From the NCBI GenBank assembly GCA_040285825.1, contig JAUPSS010000007.1:124001-188000 (forward strand): DNA of 64,000 bases, given 5' to 3'. Below are positions 39,540 to 50,367 of this stretch, one piece after another. The DNA is from Eukaryota sp. TZLM1-RC. Lineage: Eukaryota > Protista > Metamonada: BaSk clade. The first letter of the stretch is position 1. The number at the start of each line of letters is the position of its first letter. The translations under genes and the position numbers were made by a program. Under the pieces are notes generated by a model that was given only the letters and a program-made list of their open reading frames with translations, was not told the origin of the DNA and did no database searches.

Positions 39540-39790
39540 TTCTCTTCTCGTGAAAAGCTTGCTGTCGCCTTTAAAACGCTCTTGGAGCATCACAAACGGC
39601 CGCTTAGTTTCAAAACCCCATTTTTGTGGTACAGATCTTGGTGGTGTTGATTTTTATAAATCAAGCTACCTTTGTAAAGCTGCATTTATTGCAGGTGTTG
39701 AAAATTTGATCTTGAATTTGTGAATCGTTTTCCAGAAAAAATTGATTTCATTAAAAACTGTGGCAGTTCTTATCTAAGTTCTATGTAAGA
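39540..39790 (+). mobile_element. CRE-like lineage 1 internal fragment
   Basis: LGGV.F..SYLCKAAFIAG...EFVNRFPE aligns with LGGIGF..ILCQSAFLGG..EFSRRFP of the 6693 ORF. Confidence 0.65.
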
Positions 39791-40712
39791 AAAGACCACT
39801 GCCATGAGAATGAGATGTTTCTTATGGTCATGTTCGGTACCAAATGATTGAAAAATCATGTCCGTACTCTGTGCAATTTGGTGGCCTTGGCTAGCTTTAT
39901 TGTAATATTAGTTTAGATTAGTTTATAAAGTTCTAGTTTATTCTAATTTTATATTCAATTGCGCTCTAGAGCTTAAGTCGAAGGAAGCCCTTTGGCATTC
40001 GTACACCTGTTTACAACTAGGTATGCTATGTCTAACCCCCGCAGATCATCAATACGTATTGGATCCACTTCGGTGTACTCAAAAGACGCTTCCGAGCCTG
40101 GTAGCACTGATCCTCCTCCAGCTCAACACTTGAGTTCTTCCTCGCAAACTCCTCAGTTGGGAACAGAACTATTCTCTACTGGTGAGGGAAGTGTAAATTC
40201 TCCTCATGCACAGAGTCAAGCCAACCAATATTTGAAGATCAAAACCAAATGATCAATGCAGGAGTTGAACTTATGGAAGACAGTCCATCTTCCATCCCAG
40301 CCAACGAACTAATTGCTGACCTTTCCCCTTTTGAGACCCACCAAGTCACCCATGATTACGACGAAAGGATTGGAAGAAGGATTGGACCTTATCTTCCCAT
40401 TGAAGAGTAATTATAATGAATGATTTCGTGCGATGCAACCCGCAACCATCCTATCCCGAACGCAATATTTTGGGTTATTTTAGGACTAGTAGCTACTGAG
40501 GTCAATACTTCCCAATTCTGATGTAGAATCGACCAAAAATATTGTGTCTATTCAGAAAAAACCAAAACTATGGTAGATGGTAATGAAAAGTGTGGTGGGT
40601 GCTCGTTTTTTGATAACGTTTCATTTCGAGAGCGGCGTTTGGGTGAAGTTTTGTCTTTTCTTACAAACTGAAGCTAAAGCAATAGAAGTTTCGTACAATT
40701 ATTCTGTTTACT

Positions 40713-41375
40713 TGTTGGCGCCCTAAGGCTTATATCATATGATCAGAAAATAAATCAGACCTTCTTCAACCACATAAGACTTTAGGCAACAATAATTATT
40801 GGCCATTTTAAAGTCAAGCTATACCATTAATAACTTCAGCATTCACACAGCAACAGCCAATTAGATATCCTTTAGTATGTCAGACATCTTTCAGAAAAAC
40901 TCTGACTCCACCCATTCACCCAACATGTAACACCAGGATACACAACAACCACATACAAAATGAAGGTTGACGAGGAAACGGACCCGCATCCACCTCCCCT
41001 AAAATAAATAATTAAAATTGCTTTTGATGTCACCATAGTTGGAGGATATGGTAATAATTGGACTGATGCTTTTTCGAAAGCTTATTCTGATAAGATTGCA
41101 AAGTATTCAATTTTAAAAGAATTAAATTTAATTAACCAAATTGTTCCTCTCGTTTTTAGTGTTCATGGGGGTTTTTACACTAAAACAAAAATACTATTTG
41201 ACCAATTTGGATGGAATGAGGTAGCAGATGAAATTAGTTGTATAATTTTGAAGAATAGCTTTAAATGTCACAGTGCTTTTAATTATATACTTCAAAAGAA
41301 AAGAGAAGATCGTCAATGTTGGTAGGTAGTTGTTTTTTAGTATTCAAGTAGTTTCTTCTTAATTTTCAATAAAAG
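40713..41375 (+). mobile_element. Bipartite ~660-bp derivative of lineage-2 RLE non-LTR element (5' end fused to RLE 3' end)
   Basis: The 5' part matches 25898-26200. It is followed by KIAFDVTIVGG...KIAKY...IVPLVFSVHGG...* and AATAAAA. Confidence 0.7.
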
Positions 41376-41454
41376 TCGTTCAGGAAAGAAGAAACTTTAT
41401 ATGTATTTCAGTATTCGAAGAGCCGTGAATACTGTAAGGAAGGAAACATAATCC

Positions 41455-42035
41455 TTGTTTTCGGATAGCAAGAACCTAATGGAAATGGAATTTTAAGTGA
41501 CTATGTGGATGCTAAAATAGAACTAGGATGGAAAGAGGCTTCAAGACAACATGTTCGTGCTTACTTATAATTTGGAGCCAGAGCAAAGAGTTTAGGTTAA
41601 TTACTAATTGAAACAACCTTATGAAAAGCCTACTGTGAAATCGTATAGGGGAGAAACTGGTACAGGAAAAACTAGAGCTGCCTATGAACATGAACGTCCT
41701 TGTGTGCTGTCTAAACCTGCTCAAAAATTACGGTTTGACAGCTATGATCCATTGGAAAACAGTACTGTTATTCTGGATCACTTCCGTAAGGATTGGTGTT
41801 CCTTACATTTCTTATTGCAGCTATTGAACAGATATCCCATTTCTGTACCAATTAAGGGTGGTATGGTAGCTTGGAGACCAAAGACTATGCTAATCACGTG
41901 TCCTTGGCGATTTGATGATGGAAAGATGGATGGAAAGAATGAAAATACTTGGACTGATGAAGGTGATGTTGATGCTCATGAATGTATTCAACAATTAGAA
42001 AGACGAATCGATGAAGTCCGTTACTTTGATCCACT
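41455..42035 (+). mobile_element. rep: Endogenous CRESS-DNA virus (circovirus-like) Rep fragment: SF3 helicase domain, pseudogenised
   Basis: Walker A GETGTGKT (41650), RFDSY (WFDGY-like), Walker B VILDHF, LLQLLNRYP..VPIKGG...RPK (B'), motif C LITC, and arginine finger QLERRI. Upstream sequence has stops and no recognisable HUH domain. Confidence 0.88.
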
Positions 42036-42069
42036 CAGGATCAGCATGCTCAGGATGCTGCTAACATTG

Positions 42070-42345
42070 CAACTGTTTGTTCATCCCATTCTTTCTCTCA
42101 CATTAGCAGCCTATTTGCCCTCCCTCGCCTTCTCGTCCCGGAGTATCTCCTGTTGCAGATTGGTCTGATGCCGAAGTTGCTCTCTCCGAATTCTGTTCGT
42201 CCCAGTCTCTAGGTGAACAAACCGGTGGTGTTTCTCTGTGCTCTGAACACAACAGAGACAGATAACCAGCAGCGCTTAAACCATCTCCTTAAGCACAAGG
42301 ACGATGAGTATCTTGATTTAAATGACCCTAACCAACCTACTGAAA
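42070..42345 (+). pseudogene. Degenerate copy of the Cys/His-rich ORF (homolog of 15483-15929)
   Basis: QPICPPSPSRPGVSPVADWSDAEVALSEFCSSQSLGEQTGGVSLCSEHNRDR*...KDDEYLDLNDP. Confidence 0.7.
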
Positions 42346-42359
42346 CTATATAGCGTGAT

Positions 42360-42815
42360 ACTATAAAATGAAAGGGTAAGAATGAAATGAAAAAGTGAAA
42401 ATTAATAGTCCACCTTCAAACCTCATCACTAAAAGGGCCGTATGTTCATTCTCTTTCTCAAACAAACCACAGAGAGAAAGCGGGACGGCATGCTTCCGAA
42501 AGTACGGGTGACCCTTCATGGAGGAAACTCTACGCGTAGGAAATGCCAATGCCATTTTCAGTACCTGATGAGTACCCTATTGATAGCTGCACTGTTCACC
42601 AAGCTCATTTTGGCTACTGTGATTTCGTTTGGAATCAATTGAGTAAATAGTTAGTTCATTTACCTTTTGATACGGAGCAATTAACTAACTTATAACCAAG
42701 TGTTCTAAATTAACCAGGAAAGGAACAGCAGAAAGAAAACGCATTCTATCTGCAGTTACCAAACTATAAAATGAAAAGGTCAAAATGGAGTGAAAAGTGA
42801 AAATTAATAGTCCAC
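42360..42815 (+). repeat. ~54-bp imperfect direct repeats 403 bp apart
   Basis: ACTATAAAATGAAA.GGT...AAAAGTGAAAATTAATAGTCCAC at 42360-42413 and 42763-42815. Confidence 0.85.
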
Positions 42816-43001
42816 TTTTATACATGGTTGCTGGAAGGAATGAAACGCTCTTGGAGCTAATTAGATGATCGCTCAGAAAAATTGATTTAAATTATGATCT
42901 GTGTTCAATATGTTTTTGGAGGTGCAGTTGTTAATTTGTAGGTTGTTACAATAAATAGGTGAAAGAATTGAAACAAATAAAAATGAAGAAAAAATCAAAA
43001 G

Positions 43002-43206
43002 TCCAAAAACATGTAGACTATACAGACACACGTAATCAGATCTTTCTTGACCGTAATCAACCTCAAACAATTAAAAACTGAATGATTGATGACTGCTCAG
43101 TCGTTTATGTATTTATGAATAGAGACTCTAAATAAAGAGAATTGCTCTCAATATTTGGTAGAGACTCTTGAAATAATCAATAGAGTGACCAAATCGATCG
43201 GTTCAA
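43002..43206 (+). repeat. Dispersed ~170-200 bp repeat, copy 3
   Basis: Matches copies 1 and 2, and shares the downstream GACC.AATCGATCGG with copy 1. Confidence 0.75.
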
Positions 43207-45559
43207 CAAAGTTTGGTAATGAATGAAACAACTAATTACTGAATTGAATTTTTAATGTACCTCCTCATAAATAAAAACACTTATTCTAAAAGAAAGAGAA
43301 AACATTCTCAGTTCCAAACAGAAGATTCTCAGTAGTAGAGGGCTATGCAACCAGGTTAAAGAAATCGACAGCAATTACCAGTTATAATACCACTTAAACT
43401 CTGGCGACACAGCTCAAATAAGAGGTATGAAATTGTAAGTAAGGTATAAAATAGTAAATAACAAAGATGTCCTGATCACCATCCTCAAAAAACACTTGAA
43501 TATGTGATTATGGAATAGGATATAAAAGAGAAGAAATTAGTAGTTGTAATGAGCAAATTAGAATTCATTAGAAACAATGTTGAATGAAAAGTTGACTTTA
43601 CATCTTGATCGTCATACTGAATGAATGAATTCAAAATGGTTTTCGACGTTTCCTTCCAATACAACACACACATACATAAACGGTCAACAATAGTCAACGA
43701 AACGCTCAAATAAATCAATTGAATGTCTGATTATTGCTGGAAATTTTGACTCAGTAAAAACCAAATGATAAATAGGCTAATTGATCAAAAAATGATTTTT
43801 CAAGGACCCATCCAAAGTGAATTGACATTTTACCTTTTTTTTCTTTCATTTCATTTCCATGAAAGCACCGATAGAATCTAATCTTTGTAATTCTTCAAGA
43901 AAACAATGCAATTGTGAAGTGCATGGCAAGTGTTGCAAATGGTGAGTTTACTGAATATAGAACCCCATTGAGTTCGCTAAGAAAAGAAAGGTCAAATGCC
44001 CTTTGGAAGAATGCAAGGAGTGAGGTAGAAAACAAGTCTCTAATGTGTGGTTATAAATCAGTTTTGATTAGGGGTCAGGAGTTCAAATCTCTTTGGGAAA
44101 GGAAAATTATGATAAATGAAAAGCAACAGTGCATGATTGTGAAATGATGCACTGGCACGTTATCATTATGGATGACTAGCAAGGATGACGTGAAACTTAA
44201 CAATGATGACGTGGCACTTACTCTTAGATATCAACGCCAATGATCAAGCAAGTGTGGCACGTTGCACGACTAGATCAGCCTTGAGATGCATCTTGGTATA
44301 TCTAACAAATAGAGTAAAGAAACAAACCCTAAACCCGGTCGATGGGAACCCTCTACTATGCCATACCATGAGACAGTGGGGTTTGAAGAAGGTGTGTAAA
44401 GTAAAGAGGAAAGTGTAATCGAACGGGGTTTTTGAATGGTAACAATGGTGTGAATACGGAATGCTCAGGTGTGTTGCTTGTGGAAGCTATTGTTGATGGT
44501 AAGAGTATAACATTGTGAGAAGGGAAAGGTGGTGAGGAGTTCTTCTCCTCTTAATGAAGGGTTGCTCATTGACTGACCATCCCGTAAATGTAGATTGCTG
44601 CTCTTCAGATGTGAGAAATGTAAGAATCTCCTCAATCAATTTCCTCCTCATAAATGATCAACTCAAACACTGTATTTTCTGGGAATATTCAAAACATCAA
44701 GTATTCATGTGTGTAATTGGTGTGTTTAAAGATATCATAGTATCAACAATTGAATGTATTGCAACAAGCTGACTTGAAATTGAACAAGAAAATAGAAAAA
44801 TATAAAAAAAATTTAACTACTACAAGTACCACAAGTAGAGGCAAAAGCTTGCAGCAGCACACAATGTTTTTAACTAAAAGAAATCAAAGCAAAACAAAAA
44901 AAACAACACATTGACATCAACCATTCAAAATCAAATAAAGATACTCAAACAAAAGATTCTTTTTAGTGTTTTTAACTAAGAAATACCTATTCATGTGCAG
45001 TGAATGGTTCTACTGATTTGTTTGGACTTTGGGATATTCTTTAAAAGGTCATTCACATTGACTGTCTCTATAGCGTCTCAATCAGTCTCTAAATGCTCAC
45101 AGTTGTCGCCAAATTGCATGTCATGTATTGAATCCCAATATCCACCAATTTTGTGGGGGTTGTCAATAACGCTAATGTCAGCAGAGTTTGGATTGGAAAT
45201 GGTTATTGTTGAGGGATCGTCGGAAAGAAAAGGATACTTCCTAATCATATTGGAATGAAAAAGATGTAGATGTTACATGGTCTGTACCAACTCCCCTGAC
45301 TATGAAAGATCCATTTTCGATGGAACTGATTTTGGCAGCATTTGCAAGTTGTGACTTGACCTCGAGTATTAAAATTCAACCAGAACATTGTCCAGGAGAT
45401 AGCTGCTGTGCTTGAATCATATTGTAAAGTCATGAGTATTCATTTTCCTATCAACAAAGTGGAAACAAAAAAAATGAATGGACAAAAATGAAGAAATGAA
45501 GTTCTGTCAAATGAAGATCTGGTTGTTAATCACTTAATTATATTTAATCAGAACTAATG

Positions 45560-46260
45560 GGCCCCAGTCCAATCAACCAAGATTTCCTTTACAAAAGCTT
45601 TATCTACTTGTTTTCTTGCCATTACTTCCCTTATTGCATGAAACAACCGGGGTACTATTTGATTTATTGCAAATTGAATCTCTTGTTGTCTTGCGAGGTG
45701 TAGCATCTACAGGTTCAGCATCGAAACCGTTGACGAGGTAATCAAAAGGCAAGGACCATTTGATTGGTGTTGTTAGTGGTGCTGGATGTAAATGTTTCAA
45801 ACAAATTTGTTTCAAAAAAAATTGAACTATCATATTGATCAACATTATGCAAAAGAAGAAAACTTAATCCTGTGACTGCTGTAGATTTTAAAGCAAAAAA
45901 GAAACATAGAAAAGATGATAAAGATATTAAAGAGGCAAATGTCGATAAAAATACACAGCTGGTTTTTATTGCTTTCCCATTTTCGATAAATGGAAGATTA
46001 TCAGTTGAAGCAGAAACTTTTTTGAATGACTTCCAAAAAATGGTGCGAGAAAAAACAGTGAAAAGATTTGATATTTTTTTATGGCGTTCACGGATTCAAT
46101 TTGCCATTATTAATAGATTACCACGGTTTTTCAATCGAATAAGAGAAGCTTTAGCTAGACAGCAAGCAGATCAAGATTTTGTAGAGCTCATCTTGGTTCA
46201 ATGATAGTCGTCCCATTAGTTATGAGTTAATTGATTGTACATGTTCAATAAGTACATTTA
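45560..46260 (+). mobile_element. CRE-like lineage 3 deleted copy with RLE C-terminus
   Basis: ORF 45872-46204 KKHRKDD...FIAFPFSINGRL...W.SRIQFAI and the conserved 3' UTR. The 5' boundary is approximate. Confidence 0.78.
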
Positions 46261-46443
46261 TTCCTTATAATTTGATTAAAAAAGGTGCATATAAGGAAAT
46301 TGGGGCCATCCCCTACATGTTTTGGAGTTTCCAGAGTGATGAGCCTTTGTCCAAATCCACAATACTTATTGAAGAAACGTCATTGACTGAATGTAAACTG
46401 ATACAGAAAAAGAGAAGGAAAAGTAAATGTACCATTTAAATAG

Positions 46444-47598
46444 ATGCTACTCATCTTTCTTCTAGTCCTCTCACCTGTGATTTCATGGACTGTAGTCAGT
46501 CCGGAGAACACAAATTTTGTTCCAACTTCTATAGATAGAACAGAATCTTGGTCATTTATCGCTCCACAAGCAACACTGTCTGGTGCACCTGTTATTCTGT
46601 CGGAGCGTGTATATTGGCAGACAGATAATGCTTTATACAAACTAGCACTCTCTTCAGGGGCACTTTTATCAGAGCTCGCTATCAATACCTCAAGACCGAC
46701 CTCTCTGTTTTCCTCTCCATCACATACATCAATGGTGATGCGTCTGTCTAATGATGACGCGACAACCATTAACTTTCTTTCTCCTGATCTCCAAATAGCT
46801 TCTTCCCAACCGTTTAATCCTCGCAATCCTGTCGCCGATAGATCGGGTTTTGTGTTTTGCCAATCCTTTACACTCCATAGATTCTCCTTTAATGGTGAGT
46901 TGTTGAATCGCCGTAGTATTAAAAATAATGTTAATCTTGTCGCCGCTCCTGATGGGTACTATGGCTATGCTTTTGGTGCCATTTATCAGTTTGAGGGAAA
47001 TCTGAGAATGAGATGGGAAGCGAGACAACGTGCAGTAAGTAATTTTGTTGCTGATAACCAACGATCAATGGTGTTTTTTACATCTGACTTCCACCTTCAC
47101 CCCACCTTGATTTTTCTTCATGGAATCTACACAGGAAGTGGACATGCTGTTGACATTTTTAAGCAGAATATAACGAAACTTACGTCCAGAGAGCGGGTTG
47201 TGTTTTCAGCTGTAGGTCAAAATGGTGACGTGATTTATGGACTAAATGGCCGTGATGAGGGTCTGGTTTTAAGACTTGTTGTTATTCCAAATTTTGGTTC
47301 TCGATATGGGGAACCAAAAGAGATCAAAATTCTAAGTGAAAACGCCGACTATCAAGGTCACGTAGTGTTTCCATCAAATTTGATTGCTGTTTCTTTTTAT
47401 GAGAAGTCTGGTGATTTTGAAGGAACCAGGGTTGTTTTCGTTAATTTAAATGGTGACATCCAAATACTTTCTAATTATACGCAAAAATTTGAAAATTTCA
47501 GAGGTTCAAGTGTTGTTGGTTTTGGTGATTTGTGCATAGTCTTAGTTCTTTCTGAAATTTCCACTGGAAATTCTAAACTTGTTTCTACTTGTCAATGA
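46444..47598 (+). CDS. Putative secreted beta-strand-rich (propeller-like) protein
   Basis: 384-aa ORF with a hydrophobic N-terminal signal peptide (MLLIFLLVLSPVIS/W) and repeated short beta segments. No family recognised. Confidence 0.7.
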   Translation: MLLIFLLVLSPVISWTVVSPENTNFVPTSIDRTESWSFIAPQATLSGAPVILSERVYWQTDNALYKLALSSGALLSELAINTSRPTSLFSSPSHTSMVMRLSNDDATTINFLSPDLQIASSQPFNPRNPVADRSGFVFCQSFTLHRFSFNGELLNRRSIKNNVNLVAAPDGYYGYAFGAIYQFEGNLRMRWEARQRAVSNFVADNQRSMVFFTSDFHLHPTLIFLHGIYTGSGHAVDIFKQNITKLTSRERVVFSAVGQNGDVIYGLNGRDEGLVLRLVVIPNFGSRYGEPKEIKILSENADYQGHVVFPSNLIAVSFYEKSGDFEGTRVVFVNLNGDIQILSNYTQKFENFRGSSVVGFGDLCIVLVLSEISTGNSKLVSTCQ

Positions 47599-48114
47599 AT
47601 CTGTAAATATAAAGAAGTTTTTCTTTGTTTTTGATTCACATTCTTTAACTGAATTAGTTTTTATCTAATCTTGTCTCCATATTTAATGCTTAAGTTTGTG
47701 GAACAAGTGATGCTATCAATTTGATGTCATTAAGAACCATAAAAAAGAGAAAAATTTACGAATGGCAATTTCTTTGTGTTCTACAACAAGTAAATGGTTA
47801 TCCACGACGAAGCTAAATTATCCAGTTTACAATGTTGTGAACAGCATCATCAAAATTATATAACCATACCCTCAAGGAAAGTTGGAGTTAGTCTGATGAT
47901 TATGCATTTAGGTCAGATAAAGCAAGGGTAGAGGTGGAAAATGAGGTCCAAAAGAACTTCACAATAATGAAGATTTGCTCTTTGGTTATGAAGACTGTTT
48001 TTGAACTGGTCAGATTGTGACGTGATCTCAAGGGGAAAAGGGGACAATTCCAGACTCTGAACCCAAACCATTTACGTTTTCTTTTCGTCACAAAATAAAA
48101 GATTTTTTTACAAA

Positions 48115-50367
48115 TTATTTATTGCTAGAAGGGTTAAAATTTTCGTCCATAAAATCATTGAAAAGATCAGTAACATATACAGAATTTAAATATTGAATAA
48201 ACCATGGAAAACAAGATAATTGAATTGAATGTCCATTCCTAATGAATTGAACTGATTTAATTAAACCTCGACTAATTAATCTTGTGGGAGACCAGGGTGA
48301 TTTTAAAAGACAGTCTTCTCTGGGCCTAATCAATTGAATATATTCCAAATAAGGAAAGTTTTGTTCAGTGATATTGGCAGGAACTTGGTTATAAATTGTA
48401 AATTCCTTTAAGTTTAGTAATTGTATTTCGACATTGACAGTCGAATACAATTTAACGGACAATCTGATAATAGATTGAGGTACATGTATTTGATTTTTGA
48501 GAATTCTTTCAGAAATTTCAGGAGAAGACACAATCAACTCTTTTAATGACGTTAGATAGCTTAAATTGATAACCTGAACGTAATTATGTTTAAGTACTAA
48601 CTTCACTAGTGAAGTGGGTAATTGTTGAATATTCAGTGAATAATTAAGCTCTAGACACTTGAGTTTTGATAAATGTGTCAAGTTAATAGACAAGTTTGAA
48701 CCACATTTTGACCATCCACCAAGCTTAATAGCCTCAACATTTGGGAAAAACGACAATAATTGTGGATCATAATCAACTTCATCATAGTAAACATCAAGTT
48801 TTTGAATTCTAGTATTGATTACATTGGGACCACTGTAAGCAGAAGTCAAATGCATTTGTAAATCACAAATGTTTTCATAAAAATTTAAAACTTCAGAACT
48901 TACTAAAAAGATCGTATGTTGAATTGGATGAACATTAAACACTTCTTGAGCAAACTGAGCTACCCTTTTACTAATACCACATTTGGTGTAAAATCTTGCT
49001 TTAACATATGGATGATTACCAAAGAGCTTTTGCAAATAAGTTAAATATTGCCAATAAACCAGCTTAATTAGACCACTAAACATTCTATCCAAAGGTTGTC
49101 TTAGATATCGGAAACTGCCAAGAATTTCAGAACCAAATACTTTGACAGGTTGTGGTCGTTCAATCAAATCACCTGTACCTAATTGACCTCTGAAATTCCT
49201 TCCCCAAGCCCAAACAGTGCTTTTGTTGTAGGCAAAAAAGAAGTCATGACCTACTGAAATACCTTCTATATTAGTGAATGCTTCAATACAAATTGGCTCC
49301 TGTGCATCTTGATAAGCATCACTTAATCTACTCAACTTGCCCCAAACAAAAACTTTACCATTATTATCAATGGCAGCAAAAATATCAGTAAACCCACCAT
49401 TACCACTAATGGAAACAATATTGGTCAAACCTGGAACTTTGGTGGGTTTATTATTGAAAGATCCATCACTCCCCTTGTTAAACTTCCAAACAACACCATT
49501 AGTATCAATAACAAATAGACAACGATGACAAAATAAAAAAGAGTCCTGATGTGGTGCTTTTGGAATCAAATACTCACTTACTGGGATTTTAACGTGGTAT
49601 TCGGGAAATTCAAGGTTACCGTATTTGCTAACTGTGAAGAAATCACCATTATCATCAACTACTATAATGGAATCATCATGAACTGCAACGAAAACAAAGT
49701 TATTAAAGTCTTCAATTAATTCAAATGATTGTCCATTTCCCCATTTAACAAAATTACCTTCTTGGGTCAAAGCATAAGAATATTTGAAAACACCAAAAAC
49801 TTCCTTAATGCTATAAGGAATGTTGATTAGTGTAATGGGTAGTGATCTACTGGTTGAATTATTAATTTGATGGTGATTATTCGAACCCCAACCATATAAC
49901 TTGCCTGCTGAAGAGAGGGCAAGGGAATGGTTACGGCCAGCTGAGATGGCTACGATATTAGTTAAAGGTAGTTTGATTGGTGAGATGATTCCACCAGGTC
50001 CATTATAAAGAACTTTATCATTAAAATTATCACCCCAACCATAAACTTCACCAGAATAGGTGAGAAGAAGAGAATAACCCAAACCTACTGAAATAGAATG
50101 AACCCCCACTTCCCGATCGATCGGGGGAGGCAAAAAGGGAGAATGGGATGAGTTCTGATCGATGAGAGAGGAACAATTGGATTTTGAGAGCGATTTGCGA
50201 TAATCATGGGGAAGAGTTTCCGGTGAGGGGATGTCTGATTGACATGTTAAAGAAGGATTAGCCAGGACATGGAAAGGAGAGTTTGTAAAACATTGGCAAT
50301 GACGTTCTGTTTGGGAACAGGAAGGAGTAGTGTTAGTATGTGGGAACCTATCATTGTTGTGCGTCAT
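48115..50367 (-). CDS. RCC1 + LRR protein, copy D
   Basis: 750-aa intact ORF, paralog of copies A and C. Confidence 0.9.
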   Translation of the reverse strand: MTHNNDRFPHTNTTPSCSQTERHCQCFTNSPFHVLANPSLTCQSDIPSPETLPHDYRKSLSKSNCSSLIDQNSSHSPFLPPPIDREVGVHSISVGLGYSLLLTYSGEVYGWGDNFNDKVLYNGPGGIISPIKLPLTNIVAISAGRNHSLALSSAGKLYGWGSNNHHQINNSTSRSLPITLINIPYSIKEVFGVFKYSYALTQEGNFVKWGNGQSFELIEDFNNFVFVAVHDDSIIVVDDNGDFFTVSKYGNLEFPEYHVKIPVSEYLIPKAPHQDSFLFCHRCLFVIDTNGVVWKFNKGSDGSFNNKPTKVPGLTNIVSISGNGGFTDIFAAIDNNGKVFVWGKLSRLSDAYQDAQEPICIEAFTNIEGISVGHDFFFAYNKSTVWAWGRNFRGQLGTGDLIERPQPVKVFGSEILGSFRYLRQPLDRMFSGLIKLVYWQYLTYLQKLFGNHPYVKARFYTKCGISKRVAQFAQEVFNVHPIQHTIFLVSSEVLNFYENICDLQMHLTSAYSGPNVINTRIQKLDVYYDEVDYDPQLLSFFPNVEAIKLGGWSKCGSNLSINLTHLSKLKCLELNYSLNIQQLPTSLVKLVLKHNYVQVINLSYLTSLKELIVSSPEISERILKNQIHVPQSIIRLSVKLYSTVNVEIQLLNLKEFTIYNQVPANITEQNFPYLEYIQLIRPREDCLLKSPWSPTRLISRGLIKSVQFIRNGHSIQLSCFPWFIQYLNSVYVTDLFNDFMDENFNPSSNK

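Noticed and set aside
45245-45433. Fanzor/TnpB-like zinc finger (TTCKCCQ)
   Set aside because: No RuvC motifs (D..., E..., DxNAAxNI) are recognisable in any frame nearby.
2728-49194. DGR-like adenine-directed variation at the RCC1 hypervariable codons
   Set aside because: Some changes are at non-A positions, no invariant template repeat is visible, and all RTs here are LINE-type.
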